Of a stretch of 42,229 nt of DNA, positions 16,760-26,107 are shown piece by piece (the first letter of the stretch is position 1; each line of letters opens with the position of its first letter). The DNA is from Acidimicrobiales bacterium. Its GTDB lineage: Bacteria; Actinomycetota; Acidimicrobiia; Acidimicrobiales; JAJPHE01. Below the pieces are notes generated by a model. That model did not search any database, was not told the DNA's origin, and saw only the letters and a program-made list of their open reading frames with translations. The position numbers and the translations under genes were made by a program. Where the stretch lies: contig DATLUK010000345.1 of assembly GCA_035533195.1 (NCBI GenBank), forward strand, positions 1 to 42,229, read 5' to 3'.

Positions 16760-18382
16760 ATGGCCATTCAGGGGGGACGAGCCGGCCACGTCAGAGCCAG
16801 CCTGGGCCTGGCCACCGTATGCGGGGTCCTGTTCCTGACCTTCCTGGACAACACCATCGTGAGCGTGACCCTGGCCGATATCCAGGGCCGTCTCCACGCC
16901 GGGGTGGTGTCGCTGCAGTGGGTCGTGAACGGATACGCCCTCGTCTTCGCCGCCCTGATGCTCACCGGCGGCACCCTGGGCGACCTGCTCGGGCGCAAGA
17001 GGGTCATGTTGGTCGGCGTCGGCATCTTCTGCGCCGGCTCGGTATTGGCCGCCCTGGCCCCCAACGTCGATGTGCTCATAGCCGGGCGGGTCGTGATGGG
17101 CGTGGGGGCGGCGGCGTCCGAGCCGGGCACGCTGTCGGTCATCCGCCACCTGTACCCGGACCGGGCGGTGCGGGCCCGGGCCGTCGGTATCTGGGCGGCC
17201 GTGTCCGGCCTGGCCCTGGCCCTGGGCCCGGTGGTCGGGGGAGTGCTGGTGGGAGTGGCCGACTGGCGGGCCGTCTTCTGGTTCAACCTCGGCTTCGGCC
17301 TGTTGGCCTTCGGGGCGGCCGCCTGGGTCCTACCCGAAAGCTCCGACCCCGAGGGCCGCCACATCGACCTGCCGGGCTTCGTCCTCGGCGCCGGAGCCCT
17401 GGCCTGCTCCGCTTTCGGCATCATCCTGGGCGAAACGGCGGGCTACACCAGGTGGTGGGTGGTGGCGTTGCTGGCCGGCTCTGTGTTCCTCGGTTACGTG
17501 TTCACCCAGGTGGAGAGTAGGACGGGTGACCCAGTGCTGGTTATGTCGCTCTTCCGTAACCCCACTTTCAGCGGGGCCAATCTCATCGCCTTCATCAACT
17601 ACTTCGCCACCTTCGCCATCTTCTTCTTCTGTGCCCTGTACCTGCAGTTGATTGGAAGCCGGACGTCGGTGGCGGTGGCCCTCATGTTCGTGCCGATGGC
17701 GGCCGGCCTGGTGCTGGCTTCGACCCTGACCGGGCGCTGGGTGGCGGTATCCGGACCGGCTGTGCCCATAGTGGTGGGCTGTCTGCTCGGCGCAGCCGGG
17801 ACCCTGGCCACCGGCGCGGTGATGGGGCCCCATGTCACCTTCCTGGCCCTCGCTCCGGTGCTGGGCGTGGCCGGGGTCGGCTTCGGAATGGCCGTGGTGC
17901 CGGTGACGTCCTCGGTGCTGAATGTCGCACCTGCCGAGCGCTCGGGCATGGCCGCCTCGGTGACCAATACCGCCCGGGAGATGGGAGCGGTCCTGGGGGT
18001 GGCCGTGCTGGGCGCCCTGGTCAACACCACCCTGACCTCCAAGCTGGTGGCCACCATGAAGGCCCTGCACATCCCCTCCAGCTTCCAGGGCCTGGTGCTG
18101 ACCTATGTGATGACCGGCCAGAGCCCGTCCTCCATCGGCGGGGTCAGCACCAACAACCCGGTCATCAAGGCCCTGGAAGCCAAGATCACCGACGCCGCCT
18201 ATCACGGCTTCCTGACCGGCCTGCGGGTCGCCCTGGAGCTGGCCGGAGCCATGCTGGTGGGCGGTGCACTGATCGCGGCCGCCACCGTGCGGCGCAGCCG
18301 GGCCGATCCGGACTCTGAGGCGCCCGGCCCGGCAGCCGGCCCGGCAGGCCGGCCCGGTCCGGCCCTTAGTATCGATACGTGA
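16760..18382 (+). CDS. MFS transporter, DHA2 (EmrB/QacA-like, ~14 TMS)
   Basis: LDNTIVSVTLADI and GDLLGRKRVMLVG motifs are present. About 14 hydrophobic segments span 540 aa. Confidence 0.9.
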   Translation: MAIQGGRAGHVRASLGLATVCGVLFLTFLDNTIVSVTLADIQGRLHAGVVSLQWVVNGYALVFAALMLTGGTLGDLLGRKRVMLVGVGIFCAGSVLAALAPNVDVLIAGRVVMGVGAAASEPGTLSVIRHLYPDRAVRARAVGIWAAVSGLALALGPVVGGVLVGVADWRAVFWFNLGFGLLAFGAAAWVLPESSDPEGRHIDLPGFVLGAGALACSAFGIILGETAGYTRWWVVALLAGSVFLGYVFTQVESRTGDPVLVMSLFRNPTFSGANLIAFINYFATFAIFFFCALYLQLIGSRTSVAVALMFVPMAAGLVLASTLTGRWVAVSGPAVPIVVGCLLGAAGTLATGAVMGPHVTFLALAPVLGVAGVGFGMAVVPVTSSVLNVAPAERSGMAASVTNTAREMGAVLGVAVLGALVNTTLTSKLVATMKALHIPSSFQGLVLTYVMTGQSPSSIGGVSTNNPVIKALEAKITDAAYHGFLTGLRVALELAGAMLVGGALIAAATVRRSRADPDSEAPGPAAGPAGRPGPALSIDT

Positions 18383-19083
18383 CCACGCTCTATTTCCGGC
18401 AGCTGCTCTCGGGCCGGGACTTTGCTGTCGAGGATGCGATGGCGGCCCAGATGGTCAACTTCGTCTATCTCATCGGGGATCGTGATACCGGTGAGGCGGT
18501 GGTGGTTGACCCCGCTTATGCGGTGGCCGAGTTGGTGGACGTGCTGGAGGCCGACGGGATGCGCCTGACCGGCGTGCTGGCCACCCACCACCATCCTGAC
18601 CACGTCGGCGGGTCGATGATGGGCCACGGCATCGAGGGCATCGAGCGGCTGCTGGAGACCTACGACGTGCCCGTGCACGTCAACCGGCATGAGGCCGGCC
18701 TGGTCACGAAGGTCACCGGGGTCGGCGCCGGCCAGCTGGTCGCCCACGAGGGCGGGGACGTGCTCAGCGTCGGGGGCCTGGAGCTGAGCATGATCCACAC
18801 GCCCGGGCACACCCCGGGCAGTCAGTGCTTCCTCTTCGACGGGATGCTGGTGGCCGGTGACACCCTGTTCCTGCAGGGTTGCGGGCGGACCGACCTGCCC
18901 GGCAGCGATCCCGAGGCCATGTTCCACAGTCTGCGCACCCTGGCGGCGTTACCGGATGAGACGGCCCTCTTCCCCGGCCACCGGTATTCCCCGCCGTCCT
19001 CGGCGGTGATGGGAGCGGTCAAGGAGATGAACCCGGTCCTGCGGGTGCCGGACAAGGAACAGTGGCTGGCGGCGTGGAACTGA
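18379..19083 (+). CDS. MBL-fold metallo-hydrolase (glyoxalase II-like)
   Basis: THHHPDHVGG metal motif plus the later HTPGHTPGS and a C-terminal His. The GTG start overlaps the MFS stop codon (GTGA). Confidence 0.85.
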   Translation: MTTLYFRQLLSGRDFAVEDAMAAQMVNFVYLIGDRDTGEAVVVDPAYAVAELVDVLEADGMRLTGVLATHHHPDHVGGSMMGHGIEGIERLLETYDVPVHVNRHEAGLVTKVTGVGAGQLVAHEGGDVLSVGGLELSMIHTPGHTPGSQCFLFDGMLVAGDTLFLQGCGRTDLPGSDPEAMFHSLRTLAALPDETALFPGHRYSPPSSAVMGAVKEMNPVLRVPDKEQWLAAWN

Positions 19084-19117
19084 GGTGTCGGGCCGAGGCC
19101 CGGACAAGGGGGGATCG

Positions 19118-20680
19118 ATGAGCGGCAGCGAGTGGAGCCTGGGCCGGCTGGCGAGGGACAACGCCGCCGTATTCGAGGATGGGGTGGCCCTCAGCAGCGA
19201 GGCCGGCCAGGTGACCTGGCGGGAGCTGGACGAGCGGTCCAGCCGGGCCGCTCAGGCCCTGGCCGCCGATGGGATCGGCCCGGGCAGCCGGGTGGCCTTC
19301 CTGGACAAGAACACCCCTGAGTTCTTCGACGTCCTGTTGGGGGCGGGCAAGCTCGGAGCGGTCCTGGTGCCGGTCAACTGGCGGCTGGCCCCGGCCGAGA
19401 TGGCCCACATCATCGAGGACGCCGCCGCCACCGTACTGGTCATCGGGTCGGAGTACGCGGCGAGCGTCAAGGAGATCGGCCCCGATCTCACCCACGTCAA
19501 GCGCACGGTCGTGCTCGGTCCCGAATACGAGGACTGGCTGGCCTCCCAGCCGGCCACCGACCCCGGCTACCGCTCCCAGCCCGAAGACGTCGCCATCCAG
19601 CTCTACACCTCGGGCACCACCGGTCTGCCCAAGGGGGCGATGCTGGCCAACGCCAACTTCGGCGCCATCCTCGATCAGGTGGTGGGGCCGTGGCGGCTCG
19701 ACCCGACGTCGGTCAGCGCCGTGGCCATGCCCCTGTTCCACATCGGCGGTTCCGGCTGGGCTCTGGCCGGCATGACGGTTGGAGCCCGCTCGGTGATCGT
19801 CCGGGAGATGGTCCCCGCCGATCTCATCCGCATCTTCGAAACGGAGCAGGTGACCAACGCTTTTCTCGTCCCCGCCGTGCTCCAGATGGTGTGCGCGACG
19901 GATGGGGCGCAGACCGCTGACTTTTCCGCCCTCCGGGCGATCAACTACGGGGCATCCCCGATCACCGATGATGCCCTACAGCGGGCCATCGCCACTTTCG
20001 GATGCGAGTTCATCCAGCTCTACGGACTGACCGAGACCACCGGGGCCATCACCCAGCTCGACGCCGCCGATCACGATCCGGGCGGGGCCCGCTCCCGCCT
20101 GTTGCGTTCGGTGGGCAAGCCCTATCCGTTTGCGCAGATCAGAATCGTCGATCCCGACGATGGTGAGGAGCGGGCTGCAGGGGAGGTGGGCGAGCTGTGG
20201 GCCAAGGGCCCCCAGACCATGAAGGGCTACTGGAACAAGCCCGAGGACACCGCCCGGGTCATCGACGCCGACGGCTGGTTCCGCACCGGGGACGCCGGCT
20301 ACCGTGACGAAGAGGGCTACATCTTCCTGACCGACCGCATCAAGGACATGATCGTGAGCGGCGGGGAGAACATCTACCCGGCCGAGGTGGAGAACGCTCT
20401 GGCCTCCCATCCGGCGGTCGGTGACGTGGCCGTTATCGGCGTGCCCGACGAGCGTTGGGGCGAGACGCCCAAGGCCATGGTGGTCCTGCGGCCAGGGGTC
20501 GAGGGCGGCCCCGACCAGGCCCGCTCCATCATCGACTTCGCCCGGGAGCGCCTGGCCCACTACAAGTGCCCGACCTCGGTGGATTTCATCGACCTGCTGC
20601 CCCGCAACCCGTCGGGCAAAATCCTCAAGCGGGAGCTGCGCGAGCCCTTCTGGGAGGGTCGGGCCCGCCGGGTCAACTGA
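19118..20680 (+). CDS. Long-chain fatty acid-CoA ligase / AMP-dependent synthetase
   Basis: YTSGTTGLPKGA AMP motif, plus the GWFRTGD, ISGGENIYPAEVE and PRNPSGKILKREL blocks. ATG 19118 follows AAGGGGGGATCG. Confidence 0.93.
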   Translation: MSGSEWSLGRLARDNAAVFEDGVALSSEAGQVTWRELDERSSRAAQALAADGIGPGSRVAFLDKNTPEFFDVLLGAGKLGAVLVPVNWRLAPAEMAHIIEDAAATVLVIGSEYAASVKEIGPDLTHVKRTVVLGPEYEDWLASQPATDPGYRSQPEDVAIQLYTSGTTGLPKGAMLANANFGAILDQVVGPWRLDPTSVSAVAMPLFHIGGSGWALAGMTVGARSVIVREMVPADLIRIFETEQVTNAFLVPAVLQMVCATDGAQTADFSALRAINYGASPITDDALQRAIATFGCEFIQLYGLTETTGAITQLDAADHDPGGARSRLLRSVGKPYPFAQIRIVDPDDGEERAAGEVGELWAKGPQTMKGYWNKPEDTARVIDADGWFRTGDAGYRDEEGYIFLTDRIKDMIVSGGENIYPAEVENALASHPAVGDVAVIGVPDERWGETPKAMVVLRPGVEGGPDQARSIIDFARERLAHYKCPTSVDFIDLLPRNPSGKILKRELREPFWEGRARRVN

Positions 20681-20707
20681 CGTCTTGGGAATCGGCCGGG
20701 CGGCCGG

Positions 20708-20771
20708 CCCAGCCGCCTGGGGGGTCAGCCGCCTGAAGGGTCAGCCGCCTGAAGGATCAGCCGCCTGAGGC
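20708..20771. repeat. Four tandem copies of a 16-bp unit (G/A)TCAGCCGCCTGAAGG (outer copies degenerate)
   Basis: Copies lie at 20708-23, 20724-39, 20740-55 and 20756-71, and the two central copies are identical. The array spans the LysR stop codon (20757-59) in the convergent gap with the acyl-CoA ligase gene. Confidence 0.85.
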
Positions 20772-21719
20772 CGGGCGCCGAGGGGTGCCGGTGGACGCCG
20801 GCGGGTGCAGCCCGGTGCGCCCCCCCGGTCCCACCTGCTCGGCCACGATCCCGCGCAGAAGGTCCCGCACCGCCCGAGCCGGCGCCGACAGCAGCCCGCG
20901 GTGGCGGGTGACGACTCCGACGGTGCGGCGGGGCAGGCCCTGCACGGCCACCGTCACCCACCGGTCCTGGAGATAGTCCGGTACGGCGCAGGCGGGCAGG
21001 ATGGCCGGGCCGTGGCCGTCGAAGGTGAGCGAGGCGATGAGCCGAACGCCGTCCACGTCAGCTTTGGGGGTGAGGGCGACGGGGTGGTCCCGCCCCTGGC
21101 CCAGAGCGGTCTCCAGCTCCCGGCGCAGGGTGGTGCCCTGCATGGGCAGCAGCAGAGGGATGGAGCACAGCTCCTCGACCGATATGTCGGTCCGGCCGGC
21201 CAGGGGATCTTCGGGGGCCACGACCAGGACCAGGTCCTCATCGAAGAGTCCCTCACCATTCAGATCCTCATCGGCGGAGGGGAGGCTGCTCACGGCCAGG
21301 TCGAGCCGGCCGGCCTGAAGCCGATCGGCCAGCTCGGCCGAGGTGCCTTCGGCCACGCTTAGATGCACGCCCGGGTGGAGCCCGCCCATCTCCTCCAACA
21401 CCCTGGGGGCCAGCCAGCGGGCGGTGGTGCCGATCATGCCCAGGCTGACGGTGCCGGCCACCACGTTGCGCACGGCGGCCACGTCGGCCACCAAGGCCTC
21501 CATCTCCACCATCATCCGCCGGGCCCGGGCCACCACCACCCGACCCTCCTCGGTGAGCGCTCCCCGGGACCGGTCGAATAGCGGCGTGCCCAACTCCCGT
21601 TCCAGCCTGGCGATGTGGGTCGAGACGTTGGACTGGACCGTCCCGAGGGCGTCAGCAGCGGCCGAAAATGTCCCGTGCTCGGCCAGAGCCAGGATGGCTG
21701 ACAGCTGGCGCAGCTCCAT
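20757..21719 (-). CDS. LysR family transcriptional regulator
   Basis: ATG 21719 gives MELRQLSAILALAEHGTFSAAADALGTVQSNVSTHIARLERELGTPLFDR, a LysR HTH, followed by a substrate-binding domain. Confidence 0.93.
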   Translation of the reverse strand: MELRQLSAILALAEHGTFSAAADALGTVQSNVSTHIARLERELGTPLFDRSRGALTEEGRVVVARARRMMVEMEALVADVAAVRNVVAGTVSLGMIGTTARWLAPRVLEEMGGLHPGVHLSVAEGTSAELADRLQAGRLDLAVSSLPSADEDLNGEGLFDEDLVLVVAPEDPLAGRTDISVEELCSIPLLLPMQGTTLRRELETALGQGRDHPVALTPKADVDGVRLIASLTFDGHGPAILPACAVPDYLQDRWVTVAVQGLPRRTVGVVTRHRGLLSAPARAVRDLLRGIVAEQVGPGGRTGLHPPASTGTPRRPASGG

Positions 21720-21759
21720 GGCCGGGGACGCTAATAGGGGTCCGCGGTAGCCTTCGCCC

Positions 21760-23148
21760 GTGGGGAACACAGCCGCCTTCTTCGACCTTGACCGCACCGT
21801 GCTCCGTCGGGCCAGCGGACCACTCATAAGTGAGGCCCTGGCCGCCGCCGGCGTGGTGCCCAGCCGGGGGGCCGGGGTGGGCGGCGTCTTCTACAAGATC
21901 TACGACATCGTGGGTGAGACCCTGCCGTCCATGGCCATGGCCCGGGCCGCCGCCCTGATTGCCAGGGGTTGGCCGGCTGACACCGTCCGCCAAGCCGGGC
22001 GGGAGGTGGCGGAGAGGCTGGAGGAACTGGTGGCTCCCTTCGCCCGGCCGTTGATCAAGCATCACCAGGACATGGGCCACAGCGTGGTGCTGGCCACCAC
22101 CACGCCGATGCACCTGATCGAGCCCTTCGCGGCCAAGATGGGCTTCGACGACGTCATTGCCACCCGCTACGCCGAGCGCGACGGTGCATTCACCGGGGCT
22201 CTGGAGGGCGAGTTCGTCTGGGCCCGGGGCAAGCTGGCCGCCGTGCGGCGCTGGGCCGGTGCCCACAACGTGGACATGTCGGACAGCTTCGCCTACTCGG
22301 ACAGCTTCTACGACCTGCCCCTGCTCGGTGCCGTCGGCCATCCGGCGGCCGTCAATCCCGATCCCCGCCTGCTGGCCTACGCCACCTTGCGGCGCTGGCC
22401 GGTGCTCAACCTGGATGCTCCTCCGGGAGTGGTGAAGGTGGCCGGGGTCGAGTTGATGGACATGGTCCGCTGGGTGTCCAACCCGGCGTTCGTGCCCTTC
22501 GCCCGCTTCGACATCGAAGGGGCCGAGCACATTCCGTCCACCGGGCCGGTCATCGTGGTCTCCAACCACCGCTCCTACTTCGACTTCGTGGCCATGGGCA
22601 TGGTCGTGCTCGGCCGGGGCCGGAACCTGCGCTTCCTGGGCAAGAAGGAGGTCTTCGACGCCCCCCTCATCGGCTCGCTGGCGTCGGCCGCGGGCGGCAT
22701 CCGGGTGGATCGGGGCACGGGCAGCAGCCAGCCTCTGGAGGCCGCCGCCGCCGCCCTCGAAGGCGGGGAGGCGGTGGCCATCCTTCCCCAGGGCACTATT
22801 CCCCGGGGCAAGGACTTCTTCGAGCCCAAGCTGGTGGGCAAGACCGGGGCTGCCCGCCTGGCCGCCATGACCGGCGCTCCGGTCGTTCCCATCGGGCTGT
22901 GGGGCACTGAAGAGGTGTGGCCGCGGCGGATGCGGGTACCCCGTATCCATCAGGTGCTCAAGCCGCCCAGGATCCGCGTCCGGGTCGGCCCGCCCGTGGC
23001 TCTGTCGGGAGCGGATCCCCACGCCGACACCGAGGCCATCATGAAGGCGATCACCGAGCTACTGCCGCCCGAGGCCCGGCGTCGGCGTCGGCCTACCCCT
23101 GAACAGATCGCCATGGCCACTCCCGCCAACGCGCGGGTCGAGGCCTGA
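21760..23148 (+). CDS. HAD-IB hydrolase / lysophospholipid (PlsC-type) acyltransferase fusion protein
   Basis: N-terminal HAD motifs FFDLDRTVL, GKLAAV and YSDSFYDLPLL are present. The C-terminal acyltransferase carries NHRSYFD (HX4D) and PQGTIPRG motifs. It is divergent from the LysR gene across a 40-nt gap. Confidence 0.88.
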   Translation: MGNTAAFFDLDRTVLRRASGPLISEALAAAGVVPSRGAGVGGVFYKIYDIVGETLPSMAMARAAALIARGWPADTVRQAGREVAERLEELVAPFARPLIKHHQDMGHSVVLATTTPMHLIEPFAAKMGFDDVIATRYAERDGAFTGALEGEFVWARGKLAAVRRWAGAHNVDMSDSFAYSDSFYDLPLLGAVGHPAAVNPDPRLLAYATLRRWPVLNLDAPPGVVKVAGVELMDMVRWVSNPAFVPFARFDIEGAEHIPSTGPVIVVSNHRSYFDFVAMGMVVLGRGRNLRFLGKKEVFDAPLIGSLASAAGGIRVDRGTGSSQPLEAAAAALEGGEAVAILPQGTIPRGKDFFEPKLVGKTGAARLAAMTGAPVVPIGLWGTEEVWPRRMRVPRIHQVLKPPRIRVRVGPPVALSGADPHADTEAIMKAITELLPPEARRRRRPTPEQIAMATPANARVEA

Positions 23149-23223
23149 GCCCGCCGGCCCGCAGCCGGGCTGCCGCCGAGGGTCTGGGCCTGCCGGCCCG
23201 CACCCGGGCAGCCGCCGGACTGG
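23149..23223 (+). repeat. Imperfect tandem duplication (39 + 36 nt), each copy containing a GC hairpin
   Basis: Copy 1 is GCCCGCCGGCCCGCAGCCGGGCTGCCGCCGAGGGTCTGG and copy 2 is GCCTGCCGGCCCGCACCCGGGCAGCCGCCGGACTGG. Each contains a GCCCG-4 nt-CGGGC hairpin. The array sits between the HAD/PlsC stop codon and the murT start. Confidence 0.7.
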
Positions 23224-23231
23224 GCCGGGCG

Positions 23232-24506
23232 GTGGGCCGCGCCTCGCGTCTGGCCGGCCGGGGCGGGGGAGGGGTCATCGGGGGCCGGGTCACGCTGCTG
23301 GTCGATCCCGACGCTCTGGCCCGCCTGTCCGCCGGCCGTCGCTCGGTGCTGGTCAGCGGCACCAATGGCAAGACCACCACCACCCGCCTGTTGGTCGCCG
23401 CCCTGGCCACGGCCGGACCGACCGCCACCAACTCCGGCGGGGCCAACCTCCCCTTCGGACTGGTGGCCGCTCTCTCCGGAGCTGCTCCGGGAGGGCTGGC
23501 CGCCCTGGAGGTGGACGAGGCCTACCTGGGTCAGGTGGCCGCCGCCGCTCGGCCCGAGGTGGTCTGCCTGCTCAACCTGAGCCGGGACCAGCTCGACCGC
23601 ATCAGCGAGGTGAGGATGTTGGCCGGGCGCTGGCGCCAAGCCTTGGCGGGCACCGGCGGGGACGGCGCCTCCGGCGTCGGGGCTGGCGCCGCTTCTGGGG
23701 ACCCTTCGGCCGACGCCCCGGCAGGTGCCCACGGCGGGCCGGTGGTGGTGGCCAACGCCGATGACCCCATGGTCGTCTGGGCCGCCTCGGGCGCGGCCCG
23801 GGTGGTGTGGGTGGGTGCCGGCCTGTCCTGGCGGCTGGACGCCACCGGCTGTCCCCGGTGCGAGGGCCGCATCCAGTTCACCGACGCTGCCTGGTCGTGC
23901 GCGGACTGCGGCTTCGCCCGCCCCGATGTCCACGTCAGCGTCGATGACGGCGCCATGACCGACCGGTCAGGCCGGCGCCACCCTTTCACCCTGTCGCTGC
24001 CGGGGCGGTGCAATAGGTCCAACGCCGCCATGGCGGCCACCGCCGCCTCCCTCCTCGGCGTGGATGAGGCCCAGGCTCTCACCGCCATGGAGCCGGTAGC
24101 GGAAGTGACGGGCCGGTATGGAGTGATGCGGGTCGGCGGTGTGCCGGCCCGCATGCTGCTGTCCAAGAACCCGGCCGGTTGGATGGAGATATTCGACTTC
24201 CTCCGGCCGGCGCCGTCCCCGGTGGTGGTGGCCATCAACTCCCGGATCGCGGACGGGCGTGACCCGTCCTGGCTGTGGGACGTCCCCTTCGAGCGGCTGG
24301 CCGGCCGGCAGGTGGTGGCCACGGGCGAGCGGTGCCGGGACCTGGCCGTGCGGCTGCGCTATGCCGAGGTCGACCATGTGATGGTTGTAGACGCCGTGGC
24401 GGCGGTGGCCGAAGCCCGTCGCCTGGGCGACCAGTCCGCCCCGGTCGACGTGGTGGCCAACTACACCGCCTTCCAGAGACTGCGCCGGGCGGCCGTGGAT
24501 GCCTGA
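23232..24506 (+). CDS. murT: Lipid II isoglutaminyl synthase subunit MurT (Mur ligase family)
   Basis: VSGTNGKTTTTRLL P-loop, Cys4 ribbon CPRCEGRIQF...CADCGF and a DUF1727-like C-terminus are present. It is followed by gatD with overlap. The true start may lie upstream of GTG 23232, because the frame stays open and MurT-like back to ~23150. Confidence 0.9.
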   Translation: MGRASRLAGRGGGGVIGGRVTLLVDPDALARLSAGRRSVLVSGTNGKTTTTRLLVAALATAGPTATNSGGANLPFGLVAALSGAAPGGLAALEVDEAYLGQVAAAARPEVVCLLNLSRDQLDRISEVRMLAGRWRQALAGTGGDGASGVGAGAASGDPSADAPAGAHGGPVVVANADDPMVVWAASGAARVVWVGAGLSWRLDATGCPRCEGRIQFTDAAWSCADCGFARPDVHVSVDDGAMTDRSGRRHPFTLSLPGRCNRSNAAMAATAASLLGVDEAQALTAMEPVAEVTGRYGVMRVGGVPARMLLSKNPAGWMEIFDFLRPAPSPVVVAINSRIADGRDPSWLWDVPFERLAGRQVVATGERCRDLAVRLRYAEVDHVMVVDAVAAVAEARRLGDQSAPVDVVANYTAFQRLRRAAVDA

Positions 24507-25317
24507 GGAGGGCGCCGTCGCGTCGCCTTCACCTCCCTCGCGGCGGCGGGGCGGGGACTCGGCTGTGCGGGTGGTGGTGGTGCACCCCGATCTGCTCGGC
24601 ACCTACGGGGACGGGGGCAACGGCCTGATCTTGTCCCGGCGCCTGCAGTGGAGGGGCTTCGCGGTCGAACTCATCGAAGCCATGTCGGACAGTCAGGTTC
24701 CCGCCTCGGGAGATGTCTACTGCCTCGGCGGAGGAGAGGACGCCGCCCAACACCGGGCCGCGGCCGAGTTGGCGGCCGGCAATCCGTTGGGACAGGCGGT
24801 GGACAACGGCGCCGCCGTGCTGGCGGTGTGCGCCGGCTTCCAGGTCCTCGGTCACCGATACCCGTCAGCGGACGGGCAGATGCGCGACGGCCTCGGCCTC
24901 ATCGACATCGAGACTCGCAAAGGCACCGGGCGCCGGCCGGTCGGGGAGTTGGTGGTCACGCCGTCATCGGGTCTCGGCCTGCCCCAGATGACCGGCTACG
25001 AGAACCATGGTGGGCTCACCTCGCTGGGACCGGGCGCACAGCCGCTCGGGCACGTCGACGCCGGTATTGGCAATGGCGGGGGAGACGGCCGCGAGGGCGC
25101 CGTAGTGGGACGGGTGATCGGCACCTACATGCACGGGCCGGTTCTGGCCCGAAATCCGGCCCTGGCCGACCTGATCCTCTCCTCGGTGGTCGGCACGCTT
25201 GACCCGCTGGACGATTCCGAGGCCGAGTCGCTGCGGGCTGAGCGTCTCCAGACCGTGAGGATCCCTGGTCGTAGCGGCCGCTGGCACTGGAGAGATCGGT
25301 TGACTTCGCGCCGCTGA
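24499..25317 (+). CDS. gatD: Lipid II isoglutaminyl synthase glutaminase subunit GatD (CobQ/CobB-type amidotransferase)
   Basis: VVVVHPDLLGTYGDGGN, the nucleophile context AVCAGFQVLG and the His context YMHGPVLARNP are present. It overlaps the end of murT. Confidence 0.9.
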   Translation: MPEEGAVASPSPPSRRRGGDSAVRVVVVHPDLLGTYGDGGNGLILSRRLQWRGFAVELIEAMSDSQVPASGDVYCLGGGEDAAQHRAAAELAAGNPLGQAVDNGAAVLAVCAGFQVLGHRYPSADGQMRDGLGLIDIETRKGTGRRPVGELVVTPSSGLGLPQMTGYENHGGLTSLGPGAQPLGHVDAGIGNGGGDGREGAVVGRVIGTYMHGPVLARNPALADLILSSVVGTLDPLDDSEAESLRAERLQTVRIPGRSGRWHWRDRLTSRR

Positions 25318-25320
25318 TCT

Positions 25321-26055
25321 TCAGTCCACCAGGCGCAACCCGGATGGCGCCATCGACGCCTCCGGGGCCGAGGACAACTCGACCACGAACTCGGTGCGGT
25401 CGGCCGGGAAGACGTGCTCGGCGGCAATCACCGCCGTTCCATCGGTGGTCCGGGTTATGCGCTCGCAGCGCAGGACCGGGGAGCCCACCGGGATCTCCAA
25501 CAGCGCCGCATCGTCCTTGGACGCCGCCCCGGCCCCGATGGTCTGGGATGCGCCGCCGAGCGGGACGTCGAGGAGGTCGTAGAACGAAGCCCGCTCCACG
25601 TCGTCCCGCGACAGGGACGAGCCCAGGGTGGCCGGGACCCACACCGTCACCCGGGCGAAGGGGAGTCCGTCGGCCAGGTTGAGCCGGCGGACCTGCAACA
25701 CGTCGGTTGTCCCGAGGGTTTCGGCCACGTGCGCCGGCGCCCGCACGAAGCCGAAGTCCAACACCTTGCGCTCGGGCCGCCGCCCGGAGGCAGCCAGGTC
25801 GTCCTCGATGGTCCCCAGCCGGCCGAGGGTCTGGCGCAACGGCTCCACGGCGGCAAACCACCCGAATCCCTGCCTCGCCCCCGCCACCCCCTCGGCCCGC
25901 AGCAGCTCCAGAGCCTTGCGCACCGTGACCCGGCTGACGGCGTAGGTTTTCGACAAATCGGACTCGCTCGGCAGCAGCCCCCCCGGACCGATCTGGCCCT
26001 CCTCGATCTGCCGGCGCAGCTCATCGGCGATGGTCCGGTAGCGCAGCTCTCGCAC
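25321..26055 (-). CDS. GntR family (HutC/UTRA-type) transcriptional regulator
   Basis: [51 protein letters not shown] is a winged HTH, followed by a UTRA-like C-terminus. GTG 26055 follows GAGGGGTCGCAA. The alternative start is GTG 26073. Confidence 0.88.
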   Translation of the reverse strand: MRELRYRTIADELRRQIEEGQIGPGGLLPSESDLSKTYAVSRVTVRKALELLRAEGVAGARQGFGWFAAVEPLRQTLGRLGTIEDDLAASGRRPERKVLDFGFVRAPAHVAETLGTTDVLQVRRLNLADGLPFARVTVWVPATLGSSLSRDDVERASFYDLLDVPLGGASQTIGAGAASKDDAALLEIPVGSPVLRCERITRTTDGTAVIAAEHVFPADRTEFVVELSSAPEASMAPSGLRLVD

Positions 26056-26071
26056 TTGCGACCCCTCTTCC

Positions 26072-26098
26072 ACTTGTCCTATACTTGTATCACACAAG
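26072..26098. promoter_or_regulatory. Candidate operator in the GntR/aconitase divergent gap
   Basis: Direct repeat ACTTGT occurs at 26072-77 and 26083-88. Palindrome ATACTTGTAT lies at 26081-90, and inverted repeat CTTGT-atcac-ACAAG at 26084-98. The region abuts the aconitase RBS AAGGAGG. Confidence 0.3.
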
Positions 26099-26107
26099 GA
26101 GGTTCCC

